Shown: positions 1 through 12,222, counted from the first letter of the stretch. The stretch is 64,000 bases of DNA from Octopus sinensis (GCF_006345805.1 NC_043012.1:14818001-14882000); one strand, 5' to 3'. The notes: generated by a model from the letters alone, not told the origin. Program-made: numbers and translations.

Positions 1-159
1 GAAAGGATTTAGTTCTATGAAAAGCTAAAGTGCTTTTTAAACATTCAATTTATGGACAGTTTATGTCTGTATGAATCTATTCAATTATACTTACTCCCAA
101 GCAACTCATCTCTTATCTCTGGGGCCGACACAAATAAGCACTGAACCAACACAGTATGA

Positions 160-625
160 AAATTATTTCAAGTGGAAAAGTTAAGTATCTCAGGGTTGTA
201 TTCATGAGTGATGGGAGGTTGGAGGGGCTGAACTGGACACCAGAGCTGCAGGTGCTGGTACAGTAATGCACCAGTTCCAGCATTTGATTCCAAGAAGAGA
301 GGTTGGTGAAGAGGCCAAACTTGCTATCTTCAGTTCAGTTTCCATACACATCCTCAACTTTGGTTGTGGATGTGGGATAATAACTAAAGGAGTATGCTTG
401 CAGGCACAAGTGGCCAAAAGGGGGTTCCTTTGAAGGGACTCTGGAATAATGTTATTTCACAGAGTATGTTGCTCAAAGATCAGGGAGTTTCTCTAAGTCA
501 AGCCATTTCTGTGCATTGAGATGTCACAGGAAAGAATCACTAGACAGATTCTTCAAGACCAGCCAACCAGCAGGAAACCAAAGGATAGACCAAGAATGGG
601 ATGGTTGGATAATATCCATAGTATC
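160..625 (+). mobile_element. Decayed RTE-clade LINE, C-terminal RT/3' region
   Basis: Frameshifted translation resembles the RTE motifs QVEKFKYLG..F.SDG, AKL.I...I...L..G and KPKDRPR..W.DNI. Confidence 0.7.
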
Positions 626-845
626 AGCTGGTCACACCTGAGATCTGATGACAATAGCATTAAACATGACCTTTTAACTTTTAACTATGTGACCTCCTGA
701 AGCAGTATGTTTGTTTCTTTTAGCGCCATATTTCTGTTGAAATAAAACATCATTTGTTTGAATTGATTTTGATAATAATGAAGAATTTAGTGAAATTGTC
801 ATTGTTAAGCTGGTGTTTAGAACATAAATTAACATGAAATGATAG

Positions 846-1150
846 TTGCTTCTGATTGCAACACCAGTATCTGTCATGACTACGATTTTGCTTGTCATTG
901 CCTCCGTGAGGCCCAATGCTCGAAAGGAACTCAGCCACTTCACCTCCACAAGGCCTAACACTCAAAAGGATCTCAGCCACTTTGCGTCCATGAGGCCTAA
1001 CACTCAAAAGGATCTCAGCCACTTTGCATCCATGAGGCCTAACGCTCAAAAGGATCTCAGCCACTTTGCATCCATGAGGCCCAACGCTGGAAAGGAACTC
1101 AGTTACTTTGCCTCTGTGAAACCCAATTCTGATTGGGCCCTATGGAGAAA
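846..1150 (+). CDS. Candidate exon of left gene: hydrophobic stretch plus 14-aa repeats
   Basis: Open frame 846-1205. Inter-unit differences are mostly third-position or conservative. Weak donor AA|GTACCT at 1151 is phase-compatible with exon 1291. The 5' boundary is uncertain (AG at 844-845 or ATG at 876). Confidence 0.5.
901..1130 (+). repeat. 42-bp tandem repeat, ~5.5 copies, encoding a 14-aa unit (ASMRPNAQKDLSHF)
   Basis: Units start at 901, 943, 985, 1027, 1069 and 1111 (partial); no indels between units. Confidence 0.95.
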
Positions 1151-1290
1151 GTACCTGAGGATTCTACCCCACAACCTTTTCAGAAATAGTGGGCAGAGAA
1201 GATGAGTGAATAAACGGTTTATAAATTGTTTTGTCATCAGTTTTCAGGTATTTTTCTACTTCTGAAGAATCTTTATTCTATTTTCAACAG

Positions 1291-3224
1291 ACTAGACACA
1301 GATATGGCTCGTAAAACTGCAAATGACAATCTTGGAAAGCTGATCGATCAGGTATTTAAAGATTTTTTTCTATAGCATTCTATTTTGTAGGCTCTCATAA
1401 CTTGCTTTATCTTCAGGTATTTAAAATCACCGGGGCTGCTTTCAGCAAGGTATTTCTAGCAATGATAATGTAACATATGTGACCCACTAGTTTCCAAGGA
1501 ATACAGTTCGTTGCTATTATGCAAAAGTATCGTAAGTCCAAAACGTTGCTTTTTCAGAAAATGAAAAAATAGCTTCACCATTTCCTTTCTTTTTACATTA
1601 GCAACGGTTTCAGCTTAACAAGAATACTTTGCTGGATGCATAAAAATCCTAACTCTATGCATCTATGATATTTTCAGTCAGAAATATTTTTGCAATATTT
1701 TTAGAATTATAAATTCAGTACATTTGAATTATAGTAATTATCTATTTTATATTTTGGTTAAATTAAATGTTACTTATTTTTCTCTTTTTTTTTTTTCTTT
1801 TTACTTTCAGTTACAATGTCTCAGTACATCCATGTATCCTTTTTCATTGTTGCACTTTGATAAAAAAATTACTTTGTTGAAACACTTGACCATTGTTTAG
1901 TGATGTATAACACCTTGCTTGGTAATCTCTTGCAGCATATATGCTTATATTTTAGTCAGAAGAGGAAGATCATCTTCCTACAGGTTGCTTGAGCTCATCA
2001 TTGCTACCCATCATATCACTAGTCATTTTTATACTCCATCATCATCATCATCATTATCATCATCGTTTAACGTCCGTTTTCCATGCTAGCATGGGTTGGA
2101 TGGTTCGACCGGGGTCTGGGAAGCCAGGAGGCCGTACCAGGCTCCAGTCTGATCTGGCAGTGTTTCTACAGCTGGATGCCCTTCCTAACGCCAACCACTC
2201 CGTGAGTGTAGTGGATGCTTTTTATGTGCCACCGGCACAGGTGCCAGTCAAGGTGGCGCTGGCATCAGCCATAACTTTTTTTCTTTTTTTTTAGTTTGGT
2301 GGTTTAAGCCGGTGAGACTAAAGTGTCTCTGGACATTTTATATTATTGGCCTCCATCGTCTCTTTGATGAATGAGGATTCAGAAGGACCCAGCTGTTTAG
2401 TATTCTTTGTTCAATGTTTTATCCTGGTGTCTCACGTAGGATTTCAGGCCTGTCTAGGATTTACAGATCCAGTTTCAGTTCCCCATCATTTAGGTGGAGA
2501 TTGGACCCAACTCTATGTTGGGCTCTTTCTTCCATCAGGATGCTGATCCTAGCTGCCTCTAAGTCAGAGATGGCTTGGCATGAAGAGGTTCTCCACTGGA
2601 TTCTATTTGGTGCTACCAATTCCCTTGTCTTCTAGCTATTTTTGCAAGTTTTCAAGTAGGTCTTTGTTTAAAATGTCCTTATAAGTGAGTGTCCTTATTA
2701 TTATTATTATTGGGTGAAAGAGAAATGCATGCCATCAAAGTGACACTGGGGTAAAATATACGAAGCCCAATATACCCATCATGACTACCCGTCTGATAAG
2801 GGTACACCAGGCACATGCATCACAACCATATGTGCGCGACATGGTGATCTCATATCAAGATAAACAGCGCATGACCTTGCAGGTGGGGCCCAGTTAGAAT
2901 TTTCTTCAGGTTGAGTAGCCCATCCTGCTCAAAAGGTCCCTGAATAAGGGTTGTTTAAGGATCTTGAACAAAACACCCATGTTTCCAGAGGTGAATTATT
3001 CAAACCCCAAAGAATCCCTCTCAACACATGGCTATGATGCTCCCCCACTACTTCTGCTCGTGATCAGAGATGCACATATTGTCAGCCACCAAGGGACATG
3101 CTCAACTGGTTAAGGTCAAACAACTGACAAGCAAATCTGTGGTATTGAGCAGAATATTTGCTGTAGCCCATCTTTTATACCAAGACAAAACAATGTACAT
3201 GATAACTTATCATTATTATTATTA

Positions 3225-3268
<44 letters not shown>

Positions 3269-5187
3269 ATAATATTTAGTTATGTACTTTTCCTTTATTG
3301 CTGCTTCAAATCGTGCTTGGGTTGACCTTGTCTTCATCATGCTGTTTGGATTATGTGTGAGGGAGAGGGGGAAGGATTAGATAAGTACTAGTAATATAGA
3401 CAAATACAGGTATATCAAATACCATACAACATAAATTTTTGTTTTATCAAGTGAGTGTCTTCCATGGCCAACCACCCTCAGTTGCACTTTGATGAGTGCC
3501 TTGAACAAGATGCAAATACCAACACCAAGCTCTCGGCTGGTTTACCCCTACCCTAATATCTTAGGTAAGTGGGGGAATGTAAACAAAGCAACGCTGATTG
3601 TCAAGCAGTGACGGAGTGAAACAAACACAATGTCACACAAAAGGTTGTGGTGTGTGGTGTATGCGAGAGATTTGAAATAAGGACACCTCCCTTCTCTTTG
3701 CTCAACAGAGACCTCTCACTGGTAATGCACCCTTCCACGCAGCCCGACCCGAACACTAGAAATAGCAGCTGCTTTTCCCCTACCTTAACAACGAGCTCAC
3801 ACATCTGACTCGCTCGGCTACCTTGATCGAAAAGGCCCAATGCTGCCCTCCCTGCGTGTGCGTCACTCCTACCCCTTCCTCTTCTGGTCAGCCCCAAGTT
3901 CTGGTCAGCTCCCCAGCTGCTGACGTCATCCCACAAAGGTCTCCATGTATTCTCAACCAACTTTGTATTTCTGTGGTTTTGTTCCAGTTTCCACTTTTCT
4001 ATGATCTCTTCTTTCTCTCTACTTTGTTCCCAGCCAAATAGATCTGTATTTTCCTCTTCTTCAGGTACAGTGTTAGTATAAATAGTTTTTATTCTTCTTA
4101 TTACCATGTGGTTAAGAAGTTTGCTTCTTAACCCTGTAGTTTCAGGTTCTATCCCACTGCATGGCACCTTCAAGAAGTGTCTTATACTAGCCCCAGATTG
4201 ACCAAAGTTTTGTGAGTGGATTTGATAAACAGAATCTGAAAGAAAGGCAGTGAGCTGGCAGAAGCATTAGCGCACCGGATGAAATGCTTAGCGGTATTTC
4301 GTCTGCCATTATGTTCCGAGTTCAAATTCCGCCAAGGTCAACTTTGCCTTTCATCCTTTCGGGGTCGATAAATTAAGTACCAGTTACGCACTGGGGTCGA
4401 TGTAATCGACTTAATCCGTTTGTCTGTCCTTGTTTGTCCTCTCTGTGTTTAGCCCCTTGTGGGTAGTAAAGAAACAGGTATTGTATGATAGCCATAAGAG
4501 AGCAACGTTATCATACAAACAGCACCATTCACTTTTTTCTTTTTGTATTCTTTAAAAACATAAATCACAATTAATTTGTGATTTACTACCAACTGTACTC
4601 TGTACCTCCACATGGTACCTATTCACAGTAAAGTGGATCGAGTTTTTGAGAATCAATATATCATCCTGTTGTCTTCTTTTTTTGTTTTGTTTGTTTATTT
4701 TCGACATATTTGTCATCAGTTTGCAATCATCTTTTATTTCATCCTTAATTAACAATTTAGACAAACTTTACAGCAGAAAGATGTCCCGCTTAACAATGCC
4801 AGTAGCCCCTAAAAACAACAAAAATGAGACTGTACAACCAGCTTACCTACCAGTAATTCTCCCCTACTAACAACTGGGGACCAGCCAAATTACCAGTGAT
4901 AGCCCCTTTCCTCTAAACAATAGGGGCTCTGTGTAATATTCACTAAAAACCAATTTATCTGGAAGAACAAGCAAAAATGAAACCTTCATTATTTAAAGGA
5001 AAATAATGATAAACTAAACAATTATTTAAAAGCATAAAAAAATTAAAAGCTAAAAAGCACCAAATAACAATCTAAAAAAAAAATTGATTTTTTTTTGCGA
5101 GTTTTTTTTTTTTTTGTATTTCTATTTTCTGTTGTTGTCCTCAGCAACATTTATCAAGACATAACATTCCCATTGATGTGAAACTGT
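1291..5187 (+). CDS. Left gene micro-exon core: exons 1291-1351, 1417-1449, 1507-1531, 1811-1833, 1956-1983, 2295-2311, 5145-5187
   Basis: All introns GT-AG and phase-consistent; no stops; LDTDMARKTANDNLGKLIDQ/VFKITGAAFSK/FVAIMQKY/LTMSQYIH/SEEEDHLPT/VWWFKP/QHLSRHNIPIDVKL; family not recognised. Confidence 0.6.
2037..2272 (-). mobile_element. (GAT)n-tailed retroposon with RTE-like 3' end
   Basis: catcat..cgtttaacgtccgttttccatgctagcatgggttgg..ctacagctggatgcccttcctaacgccaacc; multi-copy in this window. Confidence 0.8.
2717..3205. mobile_element. Interspersed SINE-like repeat between (ATT)n tracts
   Basis: GC-richer island bounded by ATT microsatellites; resembles an octopus repeat I recall; single copy here. 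Confidence 0.45.
3600..4070 (-). mobile_element. Possible L1/Tx1-like LINE 3' end
   Basis: ...EKWKLEQNHRNTKLVENTWRPLW... resembles an L1 ORF2 C-terminus, followed by a GC-richer UTR-like segment. Confidence 0.3.
4248..4478 (+). mobile_element. tRNA-derived SINE family B
   Basis: gagctggcagaa..gttcaaattccgcc..gtcgactttgcctttcatcctttcggggtcg..tagccccttgtgggtagtaaagaaa; multi-copy. Confidence 0.85.
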
Positions 5188-7366
5188 GTATGACCAGACT
5201 CTTTGGTTGGCTGGTTTGTTTTTTATTCAAATGCTGAATTATTTATTGCTCTCAATTAGGTCGTCTGTGTGGGTGTGTGGGTGTGGGTGTGTAAAAATCC
5301 ACCCTTAATGGTTCTTTAACAACTATTTATTCTTCACTTTTCAATTGGGTTCCTTACCATTTCTCTTTTGTTATATTTGGTCTTATCCTCTCTTCCTCTC
5401 TCTGATCTTTTTTTATTTCAATCCCTGCCTCTCTCTTCCTCTCCTCCTCCTCCTCACTACCCCTTCCTTCCCATGTTTCCTTTCTTTCTCTCTCCTTCCT
5501 ATTCCCCCCCACACTCTTCTCTTCTCTCTTTTCCCATTATATTTTTTTATTTTTTAAATTATAAAATTAATTTTTTATCAATTTAATAATAAAATGTACA
5601 TTTTAATGAACTTAGAAACCATTATTTTTGTTCTTGTTATAAATAAATATATGTATTAAGGTAAAAAAGGAACAAAATATCTCTCTTTACTCTTTTATCA
5701 AAATGCAAGTCTTGGTTTTTGGGGGCTTTTTTATTTTTATGTATTTAGTTTTTTTTTACAAAAGAATAGTCTGGAATAATGTATTTTTCATTTTTCTGTG
5801 AAGTTCTTCCTTCCCAGAAAAGTTAGTTTTGGGGAATGATTATCAATTAGGAACTGTCACCTAAACACTTTTGAAGATTTAACATTTGTAATAATAATGT
5901 TCAATATGTTTAATGGTGAAATCCTATAAACATTTGTCATAGTAATTCTTTTTTGGAAGAGTGGATCTCAAAGCACGCATAGAGCTATGAATAATACAGC
6001 ATGTAAATATCGGGTTGAAAAACCTTTTTGGAAAAAAAAAATGTTAAAAGCTGCATGTTGGATTTGAACCTGCATTGCCAACAGATATGATAGATGTTCT
6101 AACATTGTACCAAAGGAATTTTTTGAATTTCTCTATCCATTTTAGAAACTATATTCTTACCAGCAAGAACTGTACGTTGTTTACGCCATAGGAATTTTAT
6201 AAACTTCCAAAACAATGTGAAACAATTTCTGTTTTGGAATAGTGGATCTCGAAGCACACATAAAGCTGTAAATGATTTACATGTTATTATTCATAGCTTT
6301 ATTAGCACACTGCATTTTCTCTAGAACTGTTTCCCCTGCCACGACCCTGGAGCTACAGGGGAGATAACTCATACAGTGACATGATGCACCTACAATGCGT
6401 TGAAGGTTAAGATCCACTACTCCAAAAAAGAATTGTTTCACATTTTCTTGAAAGATTATAAAATTCTTATGATGCCAGCAACTTGTAAATAATGTTCAAT
6501 ACATTTATGGTGAGTCCTATAAAACATTATGAAATGATGACTTGATAAAAAAAATAAATACAACTCTCTTGTGTGATTTGCTGGGTGATGAGTTGAATGG
6601 CGTTTGGTAAGAAAGGTAAATTCATGTCAATCAGTTGGCTTGACTTCAGTCAGTTTGAAGAAACAGCAGGTTTTACTGGTGGCCAGATTAAATTTACAGA
6701 TTTAGGGCAATTTGAAAATTAAAGGATTAACCATTATTTATGTTGTTGTTGTTGTTGTTGTTGTTGTCACCCTTGCATTGTTTCTGATAATTTCATTGAT
6801 TTAGTTAAACAAGAAGATTGGAGTTGTTTGTTAAATTTTAAATATTTTTCATCAATCAAGGCTTTCTGGGCAGAAAGAAAGCAGAAAATTGGGGAAAAAG
6901 CCCGGAGTGTTCTATGCTGATTGCTGGCATGCAATAATGTGTGTGTGTGCGTGAATTTTTACCATCTTCAATAGTGCAAATATTTATCTTATTTTCTCCA
7001 TTCCGGATGGTTCGCCATATTCTGGTTTGAATATTGGTGTGGAACAACAAACTAGTGAGGTACTTCAAAAAGTACTTTGCTGGCGTCCAGATGCCATCAT
7101 TGGCCTAAATATATCTTTCACATACATGCACACACACACACACATAAATATATACCCACATACATATCTGCAGATGTATGCTCAAACATGGTATTGAACA
7201 TTCCGATTCCATTAATAAATGTTTATTCTACAAATATATTGAGTTCTTTCATTCTTAGTGGTGGTAGTAATTAAAACATACAAATTACCCATACATACAT
7301 GCATGCATACATGTGTGTATACATACATACATACATATATATATATATATATCTGTAAAATAATAT

Positions 7367-7590
7367 GTGACAATTATTCGGAAGCCAAGATGAAACTCTG
7401 AGTTTCGGATGCTGAGGTGGAAATCCTCACCATCATCTCTTCAGTTATCTGGACATGTGAAAAACGCTATGAAAAAAGACTGTTATACAAAGGGAAATTA
7501 CTGTGTTATAGTCCATTACTTATACAAAAGCACTAATTCGAATGACCGCTAATTAAGATAACATTAAAAGTTCATAGTAAACACGTAAGC
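7367..7590 (-). mobile_element. Penelope-like/retrozyme-type repeat carrying a hammerhead motif
   Basis: Hammerhead core within a non-microsatellite island; the PLE link is inferred from the known HHR-PLE association. Confidence 0.45.
7385..7452 (-). ncRNA. Type I hammerhead ribozyme motif
   Basis: Minus strand ccagataa-CTGAAGA-gatg..tgagg atttcca cctca..catc-c-GAAAC-tcaga-GTT-tcatcttgg; stems I-III can be drawn. Confidence 0.6.
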
Positions 7591-9227
7591 ATGCCTGTTC
7601 ATATGTACACATGTGCGCTCGTGCACCCACGTGCATATGTATACATCACTGTGAAAACGTACACATCTTCACTTGCATTTTTCGCCAAATGTATATGCAT
7701 ATATATACAAACTCATACACTCATATATATATATTTATGTATATATATATATATTTATGTATATATGTATATATATATTAGTGAGGGATTATCTATTCAG
7801 GCAAAATACTTCATAAACTTTATTAGTACACCAAGCTAACAGTATTGTTTAGATTAGTATTGTTCTTGGTTTTTAACTGTCATTGGTGATTCTGTAACTT
7901 TGCCTTTTTCTAAAAGTGTTGACCCTATGCAAACCCACCTTTTACCCCTGAAAGGCTTGTCTAGCATGGAAAGTCTTCTCAGGAGTTTGTTCTCCCCTAG
8001 CATAGTTCTCAGGGCGATTGAGGAACACAAGCCACCAGACCAGAACAGGGTCTGGACCATGTTCACAAGCCACCAGACCAGAACAGGGTGGATATTCCTA
8101 ATCTATTAGGACATGTTAATAATTTAAGGAGCGGACTTCAATGGTAATCAAGTCGATAGGACCCCAGTTTATTGATTGAAACTCCCATAATTCCTGCCCC
8201 ATCAGTAATGGCTTCAAATTTTGGCACAAGACCAGTAAGTTGAGGGGAGGGTGTAAGTTGATTTATACCAACTCCCACTGCTCAAATGGTATTTATTTCA
8301 TTGACTTTGGAAAGATGAAAGGCAAAGTCGACCTCGACAGAATCTGAGCTGAGGACGTAAAGACAGACGAAATGCCGCCAAGCATTTTGCCAACCATGCT
8401 TTCTGTCAGTTCATTAGTTTTCCTGTCCCGTCGATAATTACCTTTTGAATGGTTAAGAGTCCCCCTAGCCGCAAACAGATACCATTGGATGGTAGAGCTC
8501 ATTATTGTTAGCAACAACCCCATTGGCTAATTAAGCGTTAACGAATAGGCTGATCCAGTCACGTGTAATAAGTTCGTTAGGTTGAAATCTGTGCGTGACA
8601 AAAGCAACAGCGAGATACTTGAAAAATACGTAGTTGCCTCCCTTGATACATTTTTTTCCTCTTATTTCTAGAAGCGTTGATTTTATGGAAAAATGTGTGA
8701 AACTCGATTGATGGCACCTCATTTTTCTCAACAAATTCTTTCAATGAGAATATTAATTTTTTTTCTTTTGCCCACCTAAACGTGGATGGGACATAAATAT
8801 TACCTCTCGGTAATAATACTGCCTTTGTTGCTAATATGAGGGGTCGCTGAAAAGTTCCTGGCTGTAAGGGTATCGGGAAAGACCAACCGCTACAAAAGGT
8901 GAATTTGAAGGGAAAATATGTTGGATAAAATCATAATTAACTAATCTTCCTGTATTTTCTTTTATCCATGGCCAGGTATTTTTCCACATCTCCTCATGTG
9001 TATTAAATATTTTATCAAATCTTTTAACAAATCGACCCCAAGATTTATATATTTTTTTAAATTCTGGTACTTATTTTGCCAAATTGGTAATGCTATTGGG
9101 ATGCAAAGAAACCAGCACCAGTTGTAAAATGGTGGGCGAGGAACAAACACACACACAACACATAACAGGCTCCCACACAGTTTCCATCCACCAAATTCAC
9201 TCACATGGCATTAGTCAGCAGAGGCTT

Positions 9228-9591
9228 GGAGGTGCAATGGCCCAGTGGTTAGGGCAGCAGACTCGCAGTTGGAGGATCGCGGTTTCGATTCCCAGACCGA
9301 GCGTTGTGTGTGTTTATTGAGCGAAAACACCTAAAGCTCCACGAAGCTCTGGCAGCGGGTGGTGGCGACCCCAGTTGTACCCTTTTGCCCCGACTTTCTC
9401 TCACTCTTTCTTCCTGTTTCTTGTCCCTGGCTTCCTACGCAACCGCTTAGCCTGGATGCGCATTCATCCATCCGTCGATGCTCTCAGTGTCAGGGCTTGA
9501 CCTGCTTTCTCTTCTGTGGGTCTTACGAATAGCAAAGGACCACGTTTCAGACTTCTCCCACGAAGACCGCTTCGCTCAACAAACAAACAAA
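9228..9591 (+). mobile_element. tRNA-headed SINE with (AAAC)n tail, nested in a minus-strand family A SINE
   Basis: A box tggcccagtggttagg and B box ggtttcgattccc; 12-bp TSD tcagcagaggct at 9215-9226 and 9592-9603. Confidence 0.9.
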
Positions 9592-10034
9592 TCAGCAGAG
9601 GCTGAAGTAGACAACATTTGCCATGCAGTGGGGCTCAACCGCACAGCCCCATGGTTGCCAAGCAAGCTTCTTAACCACACAGCCATGCCTATAAATATTT
9701 TTATAATAAATGTTAATGTACATATCATTTTGTTGTGAGTAGGTTGGGTGGAGAGAGGCAGTTTTCACCTGATTTCAGAAACCTCTGTATAACTCCTTCA
9801 GGTGCAATGTTTTGGTATGAATATATGACGTCAGTTAGGAGTGAGTGATTGTGCAAGTGTGAATTTCATTGTTCAGCTCTGTTGGGCAGATAAAACACAA
9901 TGTCCCACACTCAGTCAGCCTGTCATAGACTTTAACAGAAAGATTTTCTCTTCGGGAATTATATTTCACAGGAGACTGTAAAAGGATTTAATGATTATTA
10001 AATAATGAGGCATCAAAGTATGAGCATTGCTCCA

Positions 10035-10138
10035 GTGACACATAAAAGGCACCCATGCTGGTGGCACATAAAAGGCACCCATGCTGATGGCACATTAAAG
10101 GCACCCATGCTGGTGGCACATTAAAGGCACCCATGCCC
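10035..10138. repeat. 26-bp minisatellite x4
   Basis: gtggcacataaaaggcacccatgctg units at 10035, 10061, 10087, 10113. Confidence 0.9.
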
Positions 10139-10366
10139 ATAGTTGTGTTATAGCAAGCACTATCTGCAAGGGTGAGTTGAAGTAATCTGAATTTGTTGAT
10201 ACCACTGAAGATAAGGTCACTTGTTATTTGCCTCTGGGGTCGCCTGCAACAGAATATTTTGTTCCTTTGGCATCACCCATTTGAGGAGCATAGACAGAGA
10301 TAATTGTGGATGTGCTACTCTGCAAAACTAGTCTAAGCTTAAGTACCCTATCACACACTCCAAATC

Positions 10367-10616
10367 ATCATCATCATCGTTTAACATCTGTTTTCCATGC
10401 TAGCGTGGGCTGGACGGTTCGACTGGGGTCTGGGAAGCCAGAAGGCTGCTCCAGGCTCCAGTCTGATCTGGCAGTGTTTCTACAGCTGGATGCCCTTTGT
10501 GAGTGTAGTGGGTGCTTTTTACGTGCCACCACAGCACAGGGGCCAGAGGAGGCTGGCAATGGCCATGATCAGTTGGTGCTTTTTACATGCCACCGGCACG
10601 GAAGCCAGTCAAGGCA

Positions 10617-10618
<2 letters not shown>
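10367..10618 (-). mobile_element. (GAT)n-tailed retroposon
   Basis: Same family as 2037-2272. Confidence 0.8.
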
Positions 10619-10676
<58 letters not shown>

Positions 10677-10912
10677 CACACACACATAAATATATACATA
10701 TATTATGTATGTATGTATTATGGATGGATGGATATGTATGTATTATGGATGGATGGATGAATGCATGTATGTATGTATGTATGTATGTAAATATGTATGT
10801 ATGTATGTATATATGAATGTATGTATGAATGTATGTATGTATGTATGTGTGTGTATATGTGTATGTGTGTATGTAGGTATGTATGTATGTATGTATGTAT
10901 ATGTATGTATTG
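10619..10912. repeat. (TA)n/(TATG)n/(GGAT)n compound microsatellite
   Basis: Direct inspection. Confidence 0.9.
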
Positions 10913-11597
10913 TTATCTGAAGTATCAAATAATAACTTCAAAGCCGAGCATGTATATTGTCAATTTAATGGATGGGATTTCCACATGGAAAGGAAATATT
11001 TATGCACAGCTGATGACAAATACTTGGCTATTGTTCTACTTTGATTATAAGTTTTGCTATGTGCACTCAGTTACATTACTAAATATCATTAAATATTCAC
11101 AATGTGTATGAAAGACATAGCACAAGGTAGGGTGTCACGTGTATAATAGAGTGAACTGATTCACTGAGATTTACTCTTGCACTTATAAGATAAAGACACC
11201 CTTCAACATCCATTCTATGCAGGATTGAATTAAAATGTTGATCTATGAAATATAATGTAAATATATTGCTGAAAGGTAATTATTCATAGATAACATTTCT
11301 TATGGACATGGTGTATATTTAAAATTACAATATATATTGCTTTCAAATTTTGGCAGAAGGTCAGCAGTTTTGGGGGTTAAGTTAGTTACATTGACCCCAA
11401 AAGGATGAGATGCAAAGTCAACCTTGGTGGAATTTGAACTCAGAATGACAAGACGGATGTAATGTCACTAAGCATTTTGCCCGTTGTGCCAACGATTCTA
11501 CCAAGTTGCTGCCTTATTCAAAATCACAATATACAGGATGCATAAAATATTTGAGGACAAATTTATGTTTATGGAAAAACAGATAAATAATAACAGA

Positions 11598-12222
11598 TCA
11601 TCATCATCATCATCATCAACGTTGTTTAATGTCCACTTTGCATGCTGGCATGGGTTGGACGGTTTCTTCAGCTGGATGCCCTTCCTAACACCAACCACTC
11701 TGAGAGTGTAGTGGGTGCTTTCTATGTGCCATCGGCATGAGGGCCAGTCAGGTGATACTGACAACAACCACACTCAAATGGTGATTTTACGTGCCACCTG
11801 CAAAGGAGCCAGTCTAGCGGCACTGGCAACAACCACGCTCAAATGTTGCTTTTCACGTGCCACCAGCACATGTGCTAGTAAGGCGACACTGGCAACGATC
11901 ACGCTCAAATGGTGCTTTTTATGTGCCACTGGTACGGAAATCTGTCAGCGACCCTGGCAATGATCATGCTCGATGCCCGGATGGTACTTTTAACGTTCCA
12001 CTGGCATGAGTGCCAATCGGGTGGTGCTGTCATCGGCCATGTCAGCGATTTTGATTTCACTTGCCTCAACAGGTCTCTGCAAACAAAGTTTATTGTCCAA
12101 TGAATGAAGGGTACTCATAAGTGGGCTGGTTATACACCAGTGGCATAGGCCATGGGTTATGGTCTCACTTGGCTTGTCGGGTCTTCTCAAGCACAGCATA
12201 TTTCCAAAGGTCTCGGTCACTG
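11598..12222 (-). mobile_element. (GAT)n-tailed retroposon, long copy with ~66-bp internal tandem repeats
   Basis: Family tail at 11598; 4-5 units of ttttacgtgccac..cactggcaac..cacgctcaaatggtgc at 11715-12000. Confidence 0.75.

Noticed and set aside
674-1064. Minus-strand ORFs over the 42-bp repeat (KVAEILLSVRPHG units)
   Set aside because: They mirror the + frame codons; variation would fall mainly at first codon positions, so the + frame fits better
901-1130. Regularly spaced repeats as a CRISPR-like array
   Set aside because: Units are contiguous with no unique spacers; eukaryotic context and no cas genes
6045-6112. tRNA-like sequence on the minus strand; also the tRNA-like heads at 9228 and 60715
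   Set aside because: No complete cloverleaf; these are SINE heads or decayed remnants, not tRNA genes
6955-7197. Stop-free frames on both strands at 6.96-7.1 kb
   Set aside because: No matched strong acceptor/donor pair and no recognisable motif
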